Below, one piece after another: positions 60,487 through 64,000 of a stretch of DNA of 64,000 bases (its first letter is position 1; each line of letters begins with the position of its first letter). The position numbers and the translations under genes were made by a program. The notes under the pieces were generated by a model. That model was not told the origin of the DNA. It did not search any database and was given only the letters and a program-made list of their open reading frames with translations. Origin of the DNA: Podarcis melisellensis (taxonomy: Eukaryota); assembly GCA_964234715.1 (NCBI GenBank), contig OZ174279.1. One strand, 5' to 3'.

Positions 60487-61480
60487 CATAAGAAGAGCCC
60501 TGTTGTATCAAGTAAAATGCATTGATCAAATTCAGCATCCAGCTTTCCATGGCAGCAATCCAGATGCTTCTAGAAAGTTCCACTAATATTTCAAGAAAGT
60601 AAGAGCCTTCTCCTGCTGTAGCTTCTCATCAACTTGTATTCCCTCTGAATGTTGAGGTTTTGTTTAGCCATCATACCAGATAGCCATTTATAGGCCAGCC
60701 CTCCATGAGTTTGACTAATCCTCTTTGGAAAGCAATTTTGGGGTTCACAAGGGTATGGTTGTCAGTCTGAGCGACCAGAGGTGAGTAAAATGATCCAGGA
60801 CAGACACAAGTCAAGTTCCAGAGATGGGAGTCAAAGGAGCTACAGGCAGACAATGCAGTCCTAGACTATCCAGAAGTAAAATTCTAAAGGCAGCAATTGA
60901 AGCTCAGAAGGTGATCTGATCTCATAGCCACAAGCAGATGGCCAGGTTCCAAAGAGGGCAGTAAAAAGGAAGGAAGCAGAAGTAAGGCAAGGTTAGGAAT
61001 TGGTAATACCTCTGTTAATGGCTAGTAAGTTACTCAGACTGCGGGGCTTAACTGGAGGCTGGAGTTGTATAAGGCCAGCAGGGCCCATGATTTGATATGG
61101 TTGAAGTTGCAAGCTGCAGTATACCTCCCAACCCTTATTATGATTTTACCATCAAGGATCATGGTAGCAGTTTCATTGTCTGGTGCCCTGGTGGCATAAA
61201 GAGTAACGTGCTTGGACCTCATAGCTAGATCTCCTGCTTGGAGTCCGTTGGTGCCTTACACTATCCAAGGAAACAGCAGTCACCAAATATTGTGGTAATT
61301 AATTTCATGTGTGAATTGTATGAAGAAGCACATTCTTTTGTTTGTCTTGAATCCTTCTGCCTGTTATTGGGTAACCCCGAGTTCTAGGTTCAAGCTAGTG
61401 AAGTTCACACTACTTCTTCATATCATGATAGACTTTCATTGATGTCTATCATATGTCCCCCTGTATCGTATGTCCCCTTG
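60487..61480 (-). mobile_element. CR1 LINE 3' fragment split by a ~524-bp insertion
   Basis: Reverse-complement homology to 24650-25046 at 60487-60736, resuming at 61261. Confidence 0.8.
60737..61260 (-). mobile_element. Probable Gypsy-type solo LTR
   Basis: Interrupts the CR1. The minus strand starts TGTAAGG; the other end is degenerate. 4-bp flanks CAAT/CTAT. A TATA-like cttataca precedes a pyrimidine-rich U5-like region. Confidence 0.55.
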
Positions 61481-61699
61481 TTCTTTAAGTGACTATGTTT
61501 CAAAACTCTTTTCAAGATTGGTACTACTACTTCAGAAAGGGTTCAGGGTAAGGAGCCAAGAAGTTACATGCCTGTTAGCCTCATGTCTTCCAGGTCAATT
61601 AGTCAAAGGCATATTAAATATATTGAAAAATAAGCCTTGCTAGGATGAATCAGGACAACTTCTGCAAATGAAAGCATTTCTGATGATGACTAACAAGGA

Positions 61700-62270
61700 G
61701 GAGAACTTGAGGTTGTGCTGCATAGTTCAGTGAAAATGGCAACTCATTATGCTATGGCAGTGAAAAAAGACAAAATCCATGTTCATTATTATTAAAAGAA
61801 ATTTAAAAATTAACTGGTCAGTGTCATAATGCCTTTCTTCTATAACTCTGTGACATGGCTGCATTTGGAATAGTGTGTACTCATTAACTCATTAACTCAT
61901 CACAAAAAGAATAATGAACTGAGAAAGTATACTGGAATTTTCTTCGTCTCTCATAATACTAAAACTCAGGATTCACCCAATAAATTTGATTTGCCATAGA
62001 TTCAGGATAGACAAAAGGCTACTTCCTTACAGAATAGATGACTTATGGAATTAACTGTCACAAGGTATGGTGATGGCCATTGCCTTAGATTGCTTTAGGA
62101 GGGAATTGGACTAATTAATGAAGGATAAGCCATGACAGATATATGGTACCTTCATGCTCAGAGGGGACAATGTGAGATGGTCCTACTTCTGGACTTCCTC
62201 AAAACACCTGGCTGGTCACTGTTGCAAACAGGAGCCTGGACTAAACAGACCTTTGGCCTTATTCTCTTGA
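61700..62270 (+). mobile_element. CR1 LINE 3' fragment (highly decayed)
   Basis: gcagtgaaaaaagacaaaatccatg...gcatttggaatagtgtgtac...agattcaggatagacaaaag...ggactaaacagacctttggcct aligns with 23915-25046. Confidence 0.8.
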
Positions 62271-62560
62271 TTTTATTTTGACGTAATCACGGCATGCGAC
62301 AGAATAGGTGATCTCCAGTAAAAGTAGGGATAGGCAGACTTACATTTTCACTTTTCCATGGGCAATATGGACAAAACTCCCCCCACCCCTCTAAGTGGCA
62401 AGTGCTGAAATCACAGCAGGTTTTACCATCTTTCCCCAAGTAATCCCTTGCAATCTACCACAAGCCCCATTAAGGCAATGCAATCAAATCCGACACTTTG
62501 GGATTCCATCATTTCCCTCTCTGCTTGCTGCTGACACAGACTGGAGAAGCAGGGAGAAGT

Positions 62561-62660
62561 AATTATACGGCGTCTTTCATCTGAGGATCTCAAAGCACTT
62601 CACACGTATTAAGTAATTAATTCTGTCAGTGCCCCCTTTGAAGTTGGTTTGAGTATTATG
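62561..62660 (-). mobile_element. Ancient amniote SINE (MIR/AmnSINE-like) L2-type 3' tail
   Basis: ttatacggcgtctttcatctgaggatctcaaagcacttcaca is the reverse complement of a tgtaaagcgctttgagatcc..gatgaaaggcgctata-type tail. Confidence 0.55.
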
Positions 62661-64000
62661 ATTTGAGGAGCATAAGAAGGAGCAGCAGTGGCAGTCCAGC
62701 TGCTGTGGCACAGGAATGCAGTGACGACATTGGCGACATGACTAATTTATTTAGTGAACCGAAGTTAGCATGGTAATGAGAATTTATTTGCCATCATCCC
62801 ATCAGTCATCAGATTTATGTGGCTCTCCAAGCAATGAGCATTGCTGCAACCAACTTTACTTGAGTCTTTCCAGTTGATTCTTATAATTTGCTTGGATGGG
62901 ACAAAGAGGCTATTTGGAAGTAGCAGGTGGCAAGAGGTCAAGGTGCATATCCTTAATAATGCCCGAGAGTTGCAGTCATCACATTGTTTCTAACTCTGAA
63001 ATATCCAAGATCTTTGAAAGTTATTTAGATTGCCTTCCTTTTCTCCCCTGGCCTTACAATATTGTATTCTTTAAAAACAAACAAACAAACAAACATTTAT
63101 TTGTTTTTTTTTTAAAGAACTGGTTGCTTTTCCTTAAGACTATGCCCAAAGGGCCTACATTTAATTGACCATGCCACCAAAAAAAAAAGATTTGATTTAT
63201 TACACTTGTATATTGCTTTAGACTTAAAAAAGCCTCAGAGTGATTTACAATTTATATAATTCAAAAAGCTTAATAAAAGCATACTCAATGATGCGCAATA
63301 TTAGTCTGAGAACAATTATAAAACATTCCGAAGCTCAGATTGGGTAACAACAATATCATTAAAGCTTCCCCTATGTCTAGGAAAATAAAAATGAACCAAA
63401 ATAATAGTAGAGTTGGTGCCAATTGTTCATCCCTAAGGAAAACTTTCCAAATATGGGTGTTTTGCAAAGAAGGCCTTGTCAACATCATCACTGCATTTGT
63501 CTGCCATAGCAACTGATGTCATTCCTGCTCTTTTATTTTATAGTCAGGAAAAGAGTAATTCAGAGCAGCTTCCAACAGCATGCCTGTTTAAAGACATCAT
63601 TAAAGAAATGATGGCTGTGGGCCTCACAAGGCAGGGACTTTCAGTGGGCAGGTGCTTTGCCACACAATTCTGAGATTTTTACGTTCTATATGCTCTGTAA
63701 TCCCTCCTACTTCTTGCAATGTTAGAGGTGGGCGGAAAGGAAAGGCATGCCACCTTAGAAAACATGACAATTGGCCATGAGGGTGGTAGTGAAGTATGGC
63801 ATTGCTGCTAACTATTCCAGCCTCCAATCGCTTCATAACTTCTGTTACAGAAGAACTTAAAAAATCATCTTATGTGGGATGAGTGTAAGCAGTCTGTTTT
63901 TTAAAAAAACAAACAAACTTTTAAATATTCACAAAGGGTTCGCATAAAAGGAGGCCTTGTCTTTTACTCAACTTAAACCAGTCCTCTCGCCCCAATCTCC

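Noticed and set aside
60901-60935. Partial resemblance to miR-383 (tcagaaggtgat)
   Set aside because: Seed mismatch, no precursor hairpin, and it lies inside the putative LTR.
1-64000. CRISPR arrays, operons, prophage, or intact transposase/RT genes
   Set aside because: Vertebrate non-coding DNA with no regularly spaced repeat-spacer arrays and no ORF over 140 aa.

Overview
This is 64 kb of AT-rich, repeat-laden vertebrate DNA. It is not prokaryotic: there are no operons, CRISPR arrays or long ORFs. The repeats point to a squamate reptile, most likely a lacertid-type lizard (inference). They include Sauria SINEs with (ACCTTT)n tails, tRNA-headed SINEs with CR1 tails, decayed CR1/L2/L1 LINE ends, Tigger-like and hAT MITEs and a probable Gypsy solo LTR. 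I could not recognise any protein-coding exon or intact RNA gene. The listed ORFs are short and appear spurious or repeat-derived, so the window reads as a very long intron or gene desert. Between the repeats are repeat-free blocks rich in CpG or TAAT that look like cis-regulatory or conserved non-coding elements. The best leads are: (i) an isolated ~80-nt near-perfect hairpin at 1289-1366 (pre-miRNA-like or an ancient palindromic repeat); (ii) a candidate recursive-splicing site with a 71-nt poison exon at 57427-57497; (iii) a PBX/PREP + CCAAT + PBX-HOX module near 7.5 kb; (iv) a CCAAT/GC/TATA-like promoter near 27.6 kb; (v) SINEs with different tRNA heads on one CR1 tail; (vi) several nested or rearranged transposon insertions with readable target-site duplications. 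I found no demonstrable new biological system. All regulatory and splicing calls are motif-level hypotheses. Two N gaps (132 and 134 nt) hide sequence.
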